DNA of 64,000 nucleotides from Elusimicrobiota bacterium. Lineage in GTDB: Bacteria; Elusimicrobiota; Elusimicrobia; FEN-1173. The position numbers were made by a program, and so were the translations under genes. The stretch spans positions 5,043 through 69,042 of the forward strand of contig JADKCG010000015.1 in assembly GCA_016714745.1 (NCBI GenBank), given 5' to 3'. The notes under the pieces were generated by a model. The model did not search any database. It was not told the origin of the DNA and was given only the letters and a program-made list of their open reading frames with translations. Below, piece by piece: positions 8,370 through 18,099 of the stretch (position 1 is its first letter; the number at the start of each line of letters is the position of its first letter).

Positions 8370-9539
8370 TCAACCGCCTAAGAGATCGACAAAGATACGG
8401 TTGGAAAGGCGCCACCCTTTGCGAGTAGGGTAGTAACGGTCTCCTTTGCGATTCAGAAGGCCGTCACGGACATGCCGGTCCAGTGACTTCCCATAGAGAG
8501 CCTGGCCCGCGGGAGTAAGAAGAGCCCCCTCCTTCAGCCGAAGACCCAACATCAGGTTTTCACCTTCACGCTGGGCAGGGCTCAGTTCGAGACTTTCGCT
8601 GTCGGGGACGCCATTCTTTTCAACCGATGACAGATAGATGGAAAGATCGTCCGTGTTGGTGCGACGTCGAATGCCGTCATAGCCGGCGGACGAGGTCCCA
8701 GCGCCGAGGCATTCTTGATTTCTCCAATACCGTAGGTTGTGTCGACATTCGAACCCGGGATGAGCGAAGTTTGAAATTTCGTAGTGAACATATCCAGCGG
8801 ACTCTAAAAGATCCGCCGTGAGCTCATACATATCGGCCTGGAGATCATCATCGGACTGCACACCGGACCGGTGAAAATAAGTAGATTCCTCCACATGAAG
8901 GGCATAGGCGGAGAGATGCTCTGGACTCAATTCAATAACCCGTTCCAAGGTTTTTACCCATCCGTCGAATGTCTGGCCGGGAAGGCCAAACATAAGGTCC
9001 ACGTTTAAGTTGTCGAAACCCTGGGTTCGGGCGGCATGAAAAACATCTTTAAAATCTTCAAACGTATGGGTTCGTCCCAGAACCGAGAGCAGGGGCCCTT
9101 CATCGGTTTGAAGCCCAAAACTGAGGCGGTTCATCCCCGACTCTCGCCAGGCCTTGAGCTTATCCAGAGAAACACCGTCGGGATTGCACTCCAGCGTGGC
9201 TTCCCAGTCAGCAGAGATGTCAAAACACTCCCGCACTCCGCCCAAGAGACCTTGCCATTGGGCAGGCTCTAACAGCGACGGCGTTCCTCCCCCCACGTAA
9301 AACGTTTCAAGGACGCGTCTGGGTACCCCAAAAAATCCAGTTGACCGGGAAGAATCGTCGACAAGGTCAGAATCATTCTGTTCACCCCCCTTCAACCGGG
9401 AAATCCCAGCTAATTCGCGGCGGAGGGCATTCAGGTAACGCGCGGTATCCTCCCGCCGGCCGGGATAAGCGGCAAAATCGCAGAACCGGCACTTGACGGC
9501 GCAGAAAGGAATGTGGAGGTAGAGGCCAGTGGGGACCAA
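8370..9539 (-). CDS. hemW: radical SAM heme chaperone HemW (HemN-like, oxygen-independent coproporphyrinogen oxidase family)
   Basis: LYLHIPFCAVKCRFCDF radical-SAM CxxxCxxC motif, GGGTPS, and a HemN C-terminal-like tail. It lies downstream of lepA-lepB, as in many bacteria. Confidence 0.9.
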   Translation of the reverse strand: MVPTGLYLHIPFCAVKCRFCDFAAYPGRREDTARYLNALRRELAGISRLKGGEQNDSDLVDDSSRSTGFFGVPRRVLETFYVGGGTPSLLEPAQWQGLLGGVRECFDISADWEATLECNPDGVSLDKLKAWRESGMNRLSFGLQTDEGPLLSVLGRTHTFEDFKDVFHAARTQGFDNLNVDLMFGLPGQTFDGWVKTLERVIELSPEHLSAYALHVEESTYFHRSGVQSDDDLQADMYELTADLLESAGYVHYEISNFAHPGFECRHNLRYWRNQECLGAGTSSAGYDGIRRRTNTDDLSIYLSSVEKNGVPDSESLELSPAQREGENLMLGLRLKEGALLTPAGQALYGKSLDRHVRDGLLNRKGDRYYPTRKGWRLSNRIFVDLLGG

Positions 9540-9615
9540 TTGTTCGTGTCTCGTTAAAGAGGGCGATCCCGCTCTCCCGTTCGCACCTGGGACCGGAAGA
9601 AGGACCCCACACTCA

Positions 9616-10956
9616 TCAGCGGATGATTTTCCAGCGGCGGAAGGGGAGATAAAGGAGCCACGCCCGGCCCTTCAGGTTAGCATCGGGCATGGGGCCCCAA
9701 AATCGGCCGTCGAAAGATCGGTCGCGATTGTCGCCCATCACAAAATACGTCCCCGGGGGGACGATCACGGGGCCAAAATTGTCGCGGACATTTTCCCCCG
9801 CCGGTGCGCGGTCCGCGTGACGATGTTCCCAGAGATTTTGAAAAGAGGTTGAGTCGCTCAAAAGAGAGGGGGAGGCGGGGATCAAAAAATCATCTTCGAA
9901 CTGGGTGTACTGTTCTGTCTGCTCGTTCCCGTTCACAAAAACCCGCTTGTCTTTTATTTCAATGGTATCGCCGGGAAGACCGATCGCCCGTTTGATGAAA
10001 TCTTTTCCGTAGTGCTGATTTTCTTTGGACTCGGCAGGGAAACGAAAAACGACCACGTCGCCCCGTTGAACGTCGCGCCAGCGCAGGACCTTTTTCCCCG
10101 TGTAGGGAACACGCAAACCGTAGATAAATTTGTTAACGAACAGGTGATCGCCTTCCAGAAGCGTGCTCCGCATGGATCCCGATGGAATTTTAAACGCCTG
10201 AACCACGAAATACATGATGGCCGCCGCCAATAGAATCGCGGAAAAACCGGTGTCGGCCCATTCCAAACTTTCACGCAGTAGGACACCGTTTTCTTCCGAC
10301 GACCATTTGAGCCGAGACCGCCACCCGTTCCCAAGTAAATACCCTCCCACCCCCAACAGCACCATCATCCATAAGGAGGGATCCGCCCCCCCCGCCGCCG
10401 AAAACCAATATCCGGCCAGAACCCCCTGGGCCGCCAAAAACCCTGCCACCGATGCCCGCCCTACCGGAGCGGACGCGTGCCTCACCAACTGGCCAACCCC
10501 ACCCCCTAAAAGACCGATCCCCACCGTGCCCAACGCAAAACCGGGCCGAGAGATTCCCAAGAGAGAGCCCAAAGCCACCGCAAAGGCTGTGCCTTGGAGA
10601 ATCCAAAGGAGTTGCACTCCCTCGGGTTTTAATGGGGTGGGCAGAACCCAAAGGACGCCCAATAGTCCCCCCGCTAGACCACAGAAGAGGCCAATGGGCC
10701 AGGACAGAGTGTTTAACTCTTTATAAGAGACAATCAAAAACCCCGCCGCCACGCCCACAAAGGCCCAGAAAAGGCCATTTAAGAGGATGACCCCCACGTT
10801 GTTTGCCAAACGTTTCGGCGTACGCAAGAAACGTTTGAAAGCAAAAGCGTACCCACCGCTCATAAGTGAAATCCAAAATAGTTTTTCTTCCATGTCAGTA
10901 TCCTTGGATCTCTTGATTGCGTGTCGTTCACGGCCTGAGACAACCGAAAAAATCAA
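9616..10956 (-). CDS. lepB: signal peptidase I with a long polytopic N-terminal extension
   Basis: The catalytic region reads IPSGSMRSTLLEGDHLFVNK, GDVVVFRFP, FIKRAIGLPGD, GDNRDRSFDGRFWG. It is preceded by about 230 aa of Gly/Leu-rich TM segments. Confidence 0.85.
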   Translation of the reverse strand: MIFSVVSGRERHAIKRSKDTDMEEKLFWISLMSGGYAFAFKRFLRTPKRLANNVGVILLNGLFWAFVGVAAGFLIVSYKELNTLSWPIGLFCGLAGGLLGVLWVLPTPLKPEGVQLLWILQGTAFAVALGSLLGISRPGFALGTVGIGLLGGGVGQLVRHASAPVGRASVAGFLAAQGVLAGYWFSAAGGADPSLWMMVLLGVGGYLLGNGWRSRLKWSSEENGVLLRESLEWADTGFSAILLAAAIMYFVVQAFKIPSGSMRSTLLEGDHLFVNKFIYGLRVPYTGKKVLRWRDVQRGDVVVFRFPAESKENQHYGKDFIKRAIGLPGDTIEIKDKRVFVNGNEQTEQYTQFEDDFLIPASPSLLSDSTSFQNLWEHRHADRAPAGENVRDNFGPVIVPPGTYFVMGDNRDRSFDGRFWGPMPDANLKGRAWLLYLPFRRWKIIR

Positions 10957-10973
10957 TAAATCGGGCCCCGCCG

Positions 10974-12785
10974 TTAATCTTTTTTTGCGTTCCCGTCGTC
11001 TCGTCGTAGAACAGCAAGAAAGGCTTCTTGGGGAATCTCGACGGAGCCAAACTGGCGCATGCGTTTTTTGCCTTCCTTTTGTTTTTCCAAAAGTTTGCGT
11101 TTACGCGAGATATCGCCGCCGTAACATTTGGCCAAGACGTCTTTGCGCATGGCCCGCACGGATTCCCGGGCGATGATTCGCCCCCCCAATTTCGCCTGAA
11201 TGGGAATTTCAAACATTTGACGCGGGATCAGCTCCCTCAATCGTTCGCAGATTTCCCGTCCACGATAGGGCGCCGTGGCCGCGGGAACCACAAAAGAAAA
11301 AGCATCGATTTCCTCTTCGTTTATCAATATGTCCATGCGAAGGAGATCGCCCGGCCGGTACCCCGCGTGCTCGTAATCAAACGAAGCGTAGCCTTTTGAA
11401 ATGGATTTCAGCGCGTCATAGAAATCCACCACCACCTCCGCCAGGGGCATTTCATATTTGAGGACCACGCGGGTGGGTGTTAAGTACTTCATGTCAAGGA
11501 ACTGTCCGCGGCGGTCTTGGCACAACTGCATGACCGGGCCAACGAAATCGGATGGAACCACGACAGTGGCCAGCACGTAAGGTTCTTCAATCTCTTTGAT
11601 GTCCCCGTACGGTGGGAACTTCGCGGGGCTGTCAAATTCGCCGGTGCGCCCGTTTTGCGTGGTGACGCGGTAGATCACCGTGGGGGAAGTGACCAGGATG
11701 TCCACGTCGAACTCTCGCCGGATTCGCTCGTTAATGATGTCCATGTGAAGCAATCCCAAGAACCCGCAACGAAACCCAAACCCCAGAGCCACAGACGTTT
11801 CCGGCTGATGGAAGAAGGCGGCGTCTTCTAAATGAAGTTTGTCGATGGCTTTTTTTAAATTCTCGTAATCGGTTTGCGCGATGGGGTAGAACCCAGCAAA
11901 CACGAACGGCTTCATTTCCTTGTAGCCCGCATGGGGGGTGAGGGTGGGGCGGAGATGCTCGGTGATTGTATCGCCCACCTGGACTTGGTGAATGTCTTTT
12001 ATGTTGCAGACCACATAACCGGCCTCTCCGGCCGAAAGGGAATCCGCTTTGATGTATTTCAACTGAAGGTGCCCCACCTCCTCCACTTCATCGACGTTGC
12101 CGCCCCCCATGAATCGAACTTTTTGTCCCGCCTTTAAAACCCCGTCGAACACCCGAACATACACGATCACCCCCCGATACGAATCATACACCGAATCAAA
12201 CACCAGGGCCGCCAGGGGTTTTTGGGGGTCTCCCGTGGGCGGCGGAATGCGTTCCACAATGGCCTGGAGAACCTCCGGCACCCCTTTCCCTTCTTTGGCG
12301 CTGACAGACAAAAAGGGTCCTTCGAGTCCCAGAAATTCGTGGATCTGTTTTTTCACGCCTTCCGGATCCGCCGAGGGAAGGTCGATCTTGTTGATGATGG
12401 GGATCAACGTCAAACCGGCATCCAGGGCGAGCTGAGCGTTCGCCAAGGTTTGAGCTTCCACCCCTTGACTGGCGTCGACCAACAAGAGCGCCCCTTCACA
12501 CGCCGCCAGGGCACGACTGACCTCGTAGGTAAAATCCACGTGGCCGGGGGTGTCGATCAAATTCAATAAAAAGAACTCCCCCCCCAAATTCCAGGTCATG
12601 CGAACCGCTTTGGCCTTAATGGTGATGCCGCGCTCCCGCTCGAGTTCCATACCGTCTAATATTTGGGCGCGCATGTCCCGCCGTTGAACCGTACCCGTGG
12701 CCTCCAACAGTCGGTCCGCCAGGGTGCTCTTCCCGTGATCGATGTGGGCGATGATGGAAAAGTTTCGGATGTGGGCGGTGTCCAT
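10974..12785 (-). CDS. lepA: translation elongation factor 4 (LepA)
   Basis: IRNFSIIAHIDHGKSTLADRLL, DTPGHVDF, NKIDL and a LepA-specific C-terminus. I place the start at the internal ATG (MDTAHIRNF), just after the ptsI stop, not at the ORF-track start 12845. Confidence 0.95.
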   Translation of the reverse strand: MDTAHIRNFSIIAHIDHGKSTLADRLLEATGTVQRRDMRAQILDGMELERERGITIKAKAVRMTWNLGGEFFLLNLIDTPGHVDFTYEVSRALAACEGALLLVDASQGVEAQTLANAQLALDAGLTLIPIINKIDLPSADPEGVKKQIHEFLGLEGPFLSVSAKEGKGVPEVLQAIVERIPPPTGDPQKPLAALVFDSVYDSYRGVIVYVRVFDGVLKAGQKVRFMGGGNVDEVEEVGHLQLKYIKADSLSAGEAGYVVCNIKDIHQVQVGDTITEHLRPTLTPHAGYKEMKPFVFAGFYPIAQTDYENLKKAIDKLHLEDAAFFHQPETSVALGFGFRCGFLGLLHMDIINERIRREFDVDILVTSPTVIYRVTTQNGRTGEFDSPAKFPPYGDIKEIEEPYVLATVVVPSDFVGPVMQLCQDRRGQFLDMKYLTPTRVVLKYEMPLAEVVVDFYDALKSISKGYASFDYEHAGYRPGDLLRMDILINEEEIDAFSFVVPAATAPYRGREICERLRELIPRQMFEIPIQAKLGGRIIARESVRAMRKDVLAKCYGGDISRKRKLLEKQKEGKKRMRQFGSVEIPQEAFLAVLRRDDGNAKKD

Positions 12786-12801
12786 AGATAGACGAGCGCG
12801 G

Positions 12802-14559
12802 TCAGCGGTTACGGAACCGGCGAAGAAGACCTTGCACATTGTCACGGGAAGGATCTTTCATGACTTCCGTGACCAACGCGTGGCAGTCGGAAAATTTCGT
12901 TTCTCGGATAACCTTCTTAATTTTCGGCACCAAGCCAGGCGACACAGACAGTTCATCAAGCTCCAAACCCATGAGGACGGCTGTCATCTCCGCGTCCCCC
13001 GCCATTTCGCCGCACATACCCACCCATTTTCCGGCGGCGTGACCGGCCTTGACCGTCTGGTGGATCAAGCGAAGAATGGCTGGATGCAACGGCTCATAGA
13101 GATGGGAGACTTCGTCGTTCACCCGGTCCACGGCCAGGGTGTATTGGATCAGATCGTTGGTCCCGATGGACATAAAATCCGCTTCCTGCGCCAAATAGTC
13201 CACTACGAGGGCGGCCGAAGGAATTTCAATCATGAGGCCGACTTCAATTTTTTCGTCGAAAGGAATATTTTCTTTACGCAATTCCTCCATGCACGCGTTA
13301 AGAATTTTGCGCGCGGCGCGAAATTCTTCCAAGCCGGACACCATGGGAAACATCACACGGACTTTCCCGTGGACCGACGCGCGGAGAATCGCGCGAAGTT
13401 GCGTTCGAAACAGATCCGGATGCCGCAAGGCGAGACGGATACCGCGCAAACCCAAAAACGGATTTTGTTCGCTCTTGGTGAGCTCAGGAAACCCCAGGTC
13501 CACCAGTTTATCCCCGCCAATATCCAAGGTTCGAAGAATCACGGGGTGCGGCAACACCGACTGGGCCACCTTGGCGTAAAACCGGTAATGGTCTTCTTCG
13601 GTCGGAAGCGTGTCTCGGTTCAAATAGAGGAACTCGGTGCGATAGAGCCCAACCCCCTCGGCGCCGTTGGCGAGCAGATTTTTAATTTCCGCCGGGGAAT
13701 CGATGTTCCCGGCCAGGGCGATCCGTCGTCCATCGATGGTTTGAGCGGGCTGGTCACGCAGTCGCTCCAAATCTCGCCGTTCGGCGCCCCGGATCTCGCG
13801 TTCCCGTCGGTAATTGTCGACCACATCGGGAAGCGGGTTGACGATCACGGTGCCGGTGTAGCCGTCCAAAATCATCATATCGCCCGGCCGCACGTGGCGG
13901 GTGATTTCGTGCAGGCCCACCACGGCGGGAATTTCGAGGGAGTTGGCCAAAATGGCTGTGTGGCTCGTGCGTCCACCGATGTCGGTGGCAAACCCTTCGG
14001 CGAACTGGGTCTTCATGTGGATCGTGTCGGAAGGGGTGAGGTTACGCGCAACGATCACAGACGGCTCATTCAAATCTTCCAAATCTTGGGGCTCGTGGCC
14101 GAGCAAGTGAAGCAAAATTTTTCGTCCCACATCCAATACGTCGTGGCGACGTTCACGGAAATACTCATCGGTGGCGGCTTCCAATGTTTTCACCGCGCCC
14201 GCCACGGCTTCGGAGAGCGCGTATTCCGCGTTCACCCTGTTGGTGGATATGTTTTTAACCACATCTTTCGAGATCAACGGGTCTTCTAAAATCAGGAGGT
14301 AGGCCTCAATCAACCGAGCATGGGTTTTCCCCAACAGCTTCAAAATCTTTTGCTGAGTGCCGATCATTTCCTTGCGTGTGTCCGCCACCGCCAACCGGAA
14401 CCGGGAAACCTCCGCTTTGACGGCCTCCGGGGGGACCTGCCAACGCCCCACCGCGAGATCCATATCTTCCAGGACAAACGCCTTCCCGATCGCGATCCCG
14501 GGCGAAGCCGAGATCCCTTTGAATACGCGTGTTTCAGGGGAATGACCCGTGGAAGACAC
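12802..14559 (-). CDS. ptsI: phosphoenolpyruvate-protein phosphotransferase (PTS Enzyme I)
   Basis: GGRTSHTAILA active-site His region, LYRTEFLY, MIEIPSAA, SIGTNDLIQY. Confidence 0.95.
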   Translation of the reverse strand: MSSTGHSPETRVFKGISASPGIAIGKAFVLEDMDLAVGRWQVPPEAVKAEVSRFRLAVADTRKEMIGTQQKILKLLGKTHARLIEAYLLILEDPLISKDVVKNISTNRVNAEYALSEAVAGAVKTLEAATDEYFRERRHDVLDVGRKILLHLLGHEPQDLEDLNEPSVIVARNLTPSDTIHMKTQFAEGFATDIGGRTSHTAILANSLEIPAVVGLHEITRHVRPGDMMILDGYTGTVIVNPLPDVVDNYRREREIRGAERRDLERLRDQPAQTIDGRRIALAGNIDSPAEIKNLLANGAEGVGLYRTEFLYLNRDTLPTEEDHYRFYAKVAQSVLPHPVILRTLDIGGDKLVDLGFPELTKSEQNPFLGLRGIRLALRHPDLFRTQLRAILRASVHGKVRVMFPMVSGLEEFRAARKILNACMEELRKENIPFDEKIEVGLMIEIPSAALVVDYLAQEADFMSIGTNDLIQYTLAVDRVNDEVSHLYEPLHPAILRLIHQTVKAGHAAGKWVGMCGEMAGDAEMTAVLMGLELDELSVSPGLVPKIKKVIRETKFSDCHALVTEVMKDPSRDNVQGLLRRFRNR

Positions 14560-14581
14560 CTATTGGCTCCTCACGAAAGGG

Positions 14582-14848
14582 TTATTCCTCATGAACTTGA
14601 TCGCTGAAAAATTGGGTCATATTGTCCATCACCGATTGTTCGTCCGCCCCTTCGGCGATGAGGGTTAACTTCGACCCGTATTCGGCCGTCAAGGTGAGAA
14701 TTCCCATGATGCTTTTCCCATCCACCTCTTGATCGTCTTTGCGGATGATGACGTCGCTCTCAAATTTTTGGAGCGCCGTGACGATGGCCGCCGCCGGCCG
14801 GGCATGAAGGCCCATTTTGTTTAAAACGGTAAACGTTCGTTCGATCAT
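14582..14848 (-). CDS. ptsH: phosphocarrier protein HPr
   Basis: 88 aa. GLHARPAA (His15 site) and GKSIMGI (Ser46 site for HPrK/P). Its ATG overlaps the IID stop as ATGA. Confidence 0.9.
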   Translation of the reverse strand: MIERTFTVLNKMGLHARPAAAIVTALQKFESDVIIRKDDQEVDGKSIMGILTLTAEYGSKLTLIAEGADEQSVMDNMTQFFSDQVHEE

Positions 14849-15584
14849 ATCAATCCCCTCACAAAAGAGTAGGCCACGCACGCGCCCGCCAGGCCCATTG
14901 CGACAAACGACGGGCGAACCCCCAACCGCAAAGCCCCCCAGAAAAAACCGGTCCACAATAAACCCCGGATCACCGATTGGCCGTGTAGGGGAACCAGCCC
15001 CATGCGAAGAACGACCAACACCATCCCGATCCCCGCCACCAGCGGGAGGAGAGTCTGAATGCGCAGGGGGAGCAAGCGAGCCACCACATCGGATTTCCAT
15101 CGGTAGCCAAGCCAAAGCCCCACCGCCCGAACACGCCATGTGGGGCATTAAATAAAACCAAAACAAGATCGGCGAGGCCAGGCCCCAAGAAGGACCCCCC
15201 ATTCCTAAAAAGAGCGTCGCCGCGAGACTGAACGGAAGCCACGTTCCCCAAAAAAATGTTTCCCCCAGGGCCGCCAAGGGGCCAGACATGGCGGAACGGG
15301 CGGCCAAAACGCTTTCTAATCTGGGGCCTCGCCCTTCGGACCGGTCTTCTTCCATCCCCGCCACAACGCCCAACAGAACGCCGGCTGTGTAGGGATGGGT
15401 GCTAAAAACCCGGCGTGCGCCCTGGCCGCGAGGCGCGGTCTTCCCGTTTTGGGTATAGTCGCCGAAAAACAGGCCACAGACTATAGAGGTATCCCAAGTT
15501 TTGCGCCCGCTGGACAGTCCACAACCCTTGAATCAAGAAGGACCGAAAAAAAATTCGAACCAAATCCCGGCGATTCAATTTCAT
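14845..15584 (-). pseudogene. PTS mannose-family EIID component, reading frame broken about three times
   Basis: IID-like pieces lie in three frames: MKLNRRDLVRIFFRSFLIQGLWTVQRAQNLGYLYSLWP; (R)LAARAHAGF / FSTHPYTAGVLLGVVAGMEE...MSGPLAALGETFFWGTWLPF; GLWLGYRWKSDVVARLL... Breaks are at about 15430-15452, at the A5 run 15404-15408, and at the G4 run 15142-15145. Confidence 0.8.
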
Positions 15585-16234
15585 AAGCCGCCCGGAATCC
15601 ACAAACGGTTTTTCCCCAGACGGCGAGAAAATTGATTTAAGAGCGCCGCCGCCCCCAACGCCGGCCAAAGAGACCACGTCCGCTCAAACCCTTCTGCCCA
15701 AAAGCCCACGATCCGCGGAACCAAACTATTAAAGACCGCCCCGCCAAGAGAATCCGCAATAAAGAAAATCACAACGCTTTTAATCCCCCACAAAACGGCG
15801 CCGAATACAAGGCTGTAGCGCAAGGGCCCCACCAGGCCGCGCTCGATCCCGGCCAAGGCCCGAACCGCCAAAAGGCGCAGGTGCCGGCGAGCCCATTGGT
15901 CCACGCGACGCCCAACGACGGAGAAGGGAATCGCCAAGAGAAACGCCAAAGCGATCCTTCCCCCGGGGACCGGAATATCGTGCGGCCACTCGAACGCCCA
16001 CACCCCCGCAAGCGCCACCGCCAGCCCGACGTCCCACTGGCCACCACCGACCGGAGGAACCATCACCCAGAGGCTTTCGGCCAACAGCCCCAGGGCCACC
16101 CCTTCACCGGGGTGTCCACACACACACCCCACCAGACTCCCCAAAACCAATGGACGAGAGAGCAAAAACGGCCCGACTGTAAAATGGTCCAGCGATAAAA
16201 CCCCGTAAGCCAGAGCGGCCAGAAGGGCAGACAA
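15581..16234 (-). CDS. PTS mannose-family EIIC component
   Basis: Polytopic, Gly/Leu-rich, positioned between IIB and IID. Its stop overlaps the IID ATG (ATGA). The likely TTG start is 2 nt after the IIB stop; the ORF-track start 16285 overlaps IIB. Confidence 0.75.
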   Translation of the reverse strand: MSALLAALAYGVLSLDHFTVGPFLLSRPLVLGSLVGCVCGHPGEGVALGLLAESLWVMVPPVGGGQWDVGLAVALAGVWAFEWPHDIPVPGGRIALAFLLAIPFSVVGRRVDQWARRHLRLLAVRALAGIERGLVGPLRYSLVFGAVLWGIKSVVIFFIADSLGGAVFNSLVPRIVGFWAEGFERTWSLWPALGAAALLNQFSRRLGKNRLWIPGGL

Positions 16235-16235
16235 A

Positions 16236-16727
16236 TCAGCCTCGGCCCAGCCCGGGGACCAGTTCTTGGATTGGCACGGGCACATCCCCCGGCAAAGGAC
16301 GGGTCTCGAACCGGATGCCCCGAGAGAAAAGGCGGTTTAAAATATTTCGTTCTTCCATCGTAAAAGCCAAATGGGGAGCCACCATCGTCCGTCCAGGGGC
16401 ATCGTGAACGCCTCCCAGATTCACCTGGGTGATGGGCGCGCCTAAATCCACTAACCAAACGAGTTCTTGAAGCCCCGGAAGAAGAAGCATCACCCGTTCG
16501 TTTCCCCACGCGCCTTTATTAAGAGCGGGGACGGCATCGTCCAGAGATAAAACGTCCACCGCCACGTGGTCCGGCACGGCCATGCGCATCAGACCGACTT
16601 GAAGAGCGTCGGTCGCGGCAGTGTCAGAGACAACCACAATGCGCTCCGCCTGTATCACCGGCAACCAGCCCCCCACCACTTGGCCGTGAATCAAACGGTC
16701 ATCGATGCGAACGAGTACGAGGGCCAT
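16236..16727 (-). CDS. PTS mannose-family EIIB component
   Basis: N-terminal LVRIDDRLIHGQVV signature (phospho-His). Confidence 0.9.
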   Translation of the reverse strand: MALVLVRIDDRLIHGQVVGGWLPVIQAERIVVVSDTAATDALQVGLMRMAVPDHVAVDVLSLDDAVPALNKGAWGNERVMLLLPGLQELVWLVDLGAPITQVNLGGVHDAPGRTMVAPHLAFTMEERNILNRLFSRGIRFETRPLPGDVPVPIQELVPGLGRG

Positions 16728-16731
16728 CGTC

Positions 16732-17151
16732 TTAGGCCGACGGCAGATGTTCCCGAAGCCGTTGAAGCGGCCGTTGGGCGCTGCGAGACATGTCGTCCAC
16801 CAATTTCTGAGCGAGCTGGGCCAGCGGCATGTAGTGTCGGTTCGCTAAGGCGGTGATGAGCATGGGCAAGTTCACCCCGGTCACCAGCTCGAAATGCGGG
16901 TGGGGATCCCGCGCCAACCGAAGACACACGTTGCACGGGGTCCCCCCCAACATATCGGAGAGAACCAAAACCCCGGCGGACGTTTCCAAATCCGACAACG
17001 CTTTTCTGAGACGGGCTTCAAATCCGTCCGGAGATTCCGACCCCGCCAACCCCAAAGACACAACGGAAGCCTGTTTGCCAACAACGTTCTCCGCACAATC
17101 CACCATTTCCTGGCCCAACCGACCATGCGTTACCACCAACACACCGATCAT
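16732..17151 (-). CDS. PTS mannose-family EIIA component
   Basis: MIGVLVVTHG (active-site His) and SDMLGGTPCN. Confidence 0.9.
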   Translation of the reverse strand: MIGVLVVTHGRLGQEMVDCAENVVGKQASVVSLGLAGSESPDGFEARLRKALSDLETSAGVLVLSDMLGGTPCNVCLRLARDPHPHFELVTGVNLPMLITALANRHYMPLAQLAQKLVDDMSRSAQRPLQRLREHLPSA

Positions 17152-17159
17152 AAAACGGC

Positions 17160-17188
17160 GGGGGGCCCCCGCCCCGGGGGGGGGGGGG
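17160..17188. repeat. G6-C5-G-C4-G13 homopolymer block in the rapZ-EIIA intergenic gap
   Basis: The sequence reads GGGGGGCCCCCGCCCCGGGGGGGGGGGGG. The G13 run is 17176-17188. Confidence 0.9.
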
Positions 17189-17201
17189 CTGTTCTCCTCT
17201 T

Positions 17202-18095
17202 CTACCTGGCCGAATCCCGGTGATGAATCCGCACGTCAAAACGCCCGTTCTCTCGGATGATTTTGGCCAGGGCTTCGGCCACCGCGACACTGCGGTGCCG
17301 TCCACCGGTGCATCCCACCGCCAACGTCAAATAGCTTTTCCCTTCTTGGGCAAATCGGTCCAACAGAAAATCCTGAAGCGGCGCCAAATGTTCCAAGAAC
17401 CGTTTCGTCAACGGGTTTTCCATCACATAGCGGGACACCAACGGACTCAACCCCGTCAAGGGTCGAAGGTTCGCCACGTAGTTGGGATTCGGCAAAAACC
17501 GCACGTCCCACACCACGTCCGCGTCCATGGGAACCCCGTGTTTGTACCCGAACGATTCCACCACCACGGCCATGCCGCGCGGATGGCGGAGCCCCAACGT
17601 TTTCAGCACCATTTCTTTCACTTCCGGCGGCGCCAAATGAGACGTATCAATGGTTTTGTCCGCCACAGCGGCCACGTCATGAAGGATCCGTCTCTCCCGG
17701 CGGATCCCGTTGGCCACCGACCCAGACAAAGGATGGCGGCGCCGGGTTTCGGAATAGCGCCGTTGAAGCGTGGCGTTGTCGGCGTTCATGAAGAGCACGC
17801 GCGGGACAATATTTTGCCGGGACAGGTCGCCAATGGATTTCCGAAACACCCAGGCCGGAAGGCCGGTCCGAACGTCCACGCCGACGGCGATCTTCGTCAA
17901 CGCTTGTCCCCAATCCCGGTAGAGCCCGATCAAACGGGGGAGGAGCGGAAGAGGAAGGTTGTCGACGCAAAAATAGCCCATGTCTTCCAACGCGCGCAAG
18001 GCGGTCGATTTGCCGGCGCCCGAGAGACCCGTGACCACCACGCAATCCATGCGCCGAACCGATCTTCGCTGGAGGGAAACCCGCCGTCGTTTCAC
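17202..18095 (-). CDS. rapZ: RNase adapter / nucleotide-binding protein RapZ (YhbJ/YvcJ family)
   Basis: P-loop GLSGAGKSTALRALEDMGYFCVDNLP and C-terminal CTGGRHRSV. The start is GTG at 18095 or ATG at 18050. Confidence 0.9.
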   Translation of the reverse strand: MKRRRVSLQRRSVRRMDCVVVTGLSGAGKSTALRALEDMGYFCVDNLPLPLLPRLIGLYRDWGQALTKIAVGVDVRTGLPAWVFRKSIGDLSRQNIVPRVLFMNADNATLQRRYSETRRRHPLSGSVANGIRRERRILHDVAAVADKTIDTSHLAPPEVKEMVLKTLGLRHPRGMAVVVESFGYKHGVPMDADVVWDVRFLPNPNYVANLRPLTGLSPLVSRYVMENPLTKRFLEHLAPLQDFLLDRFAQEGKSYLTLAVGCTGGRHRSVAVAEALAKIIRENGRFDVRIHHRDSAR

Positions 18096-18099
18096 AGTT

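Noticed and set aside
12742-14289. 515-aa plus-strand ORF. Similar long ORFs occur at 17220-18164, 21301-22152, 38049-38852 and 44058-45446.
   Set aside because: All lie exactly antisense to well-supported genes (ptsI, rapZ, lptA, gatA/nudix, helicase). They have Arg/Pro/Gly-rich low-complexity translations with no motifs. These are typical shadow ORFs of GC-rich coding DNA.
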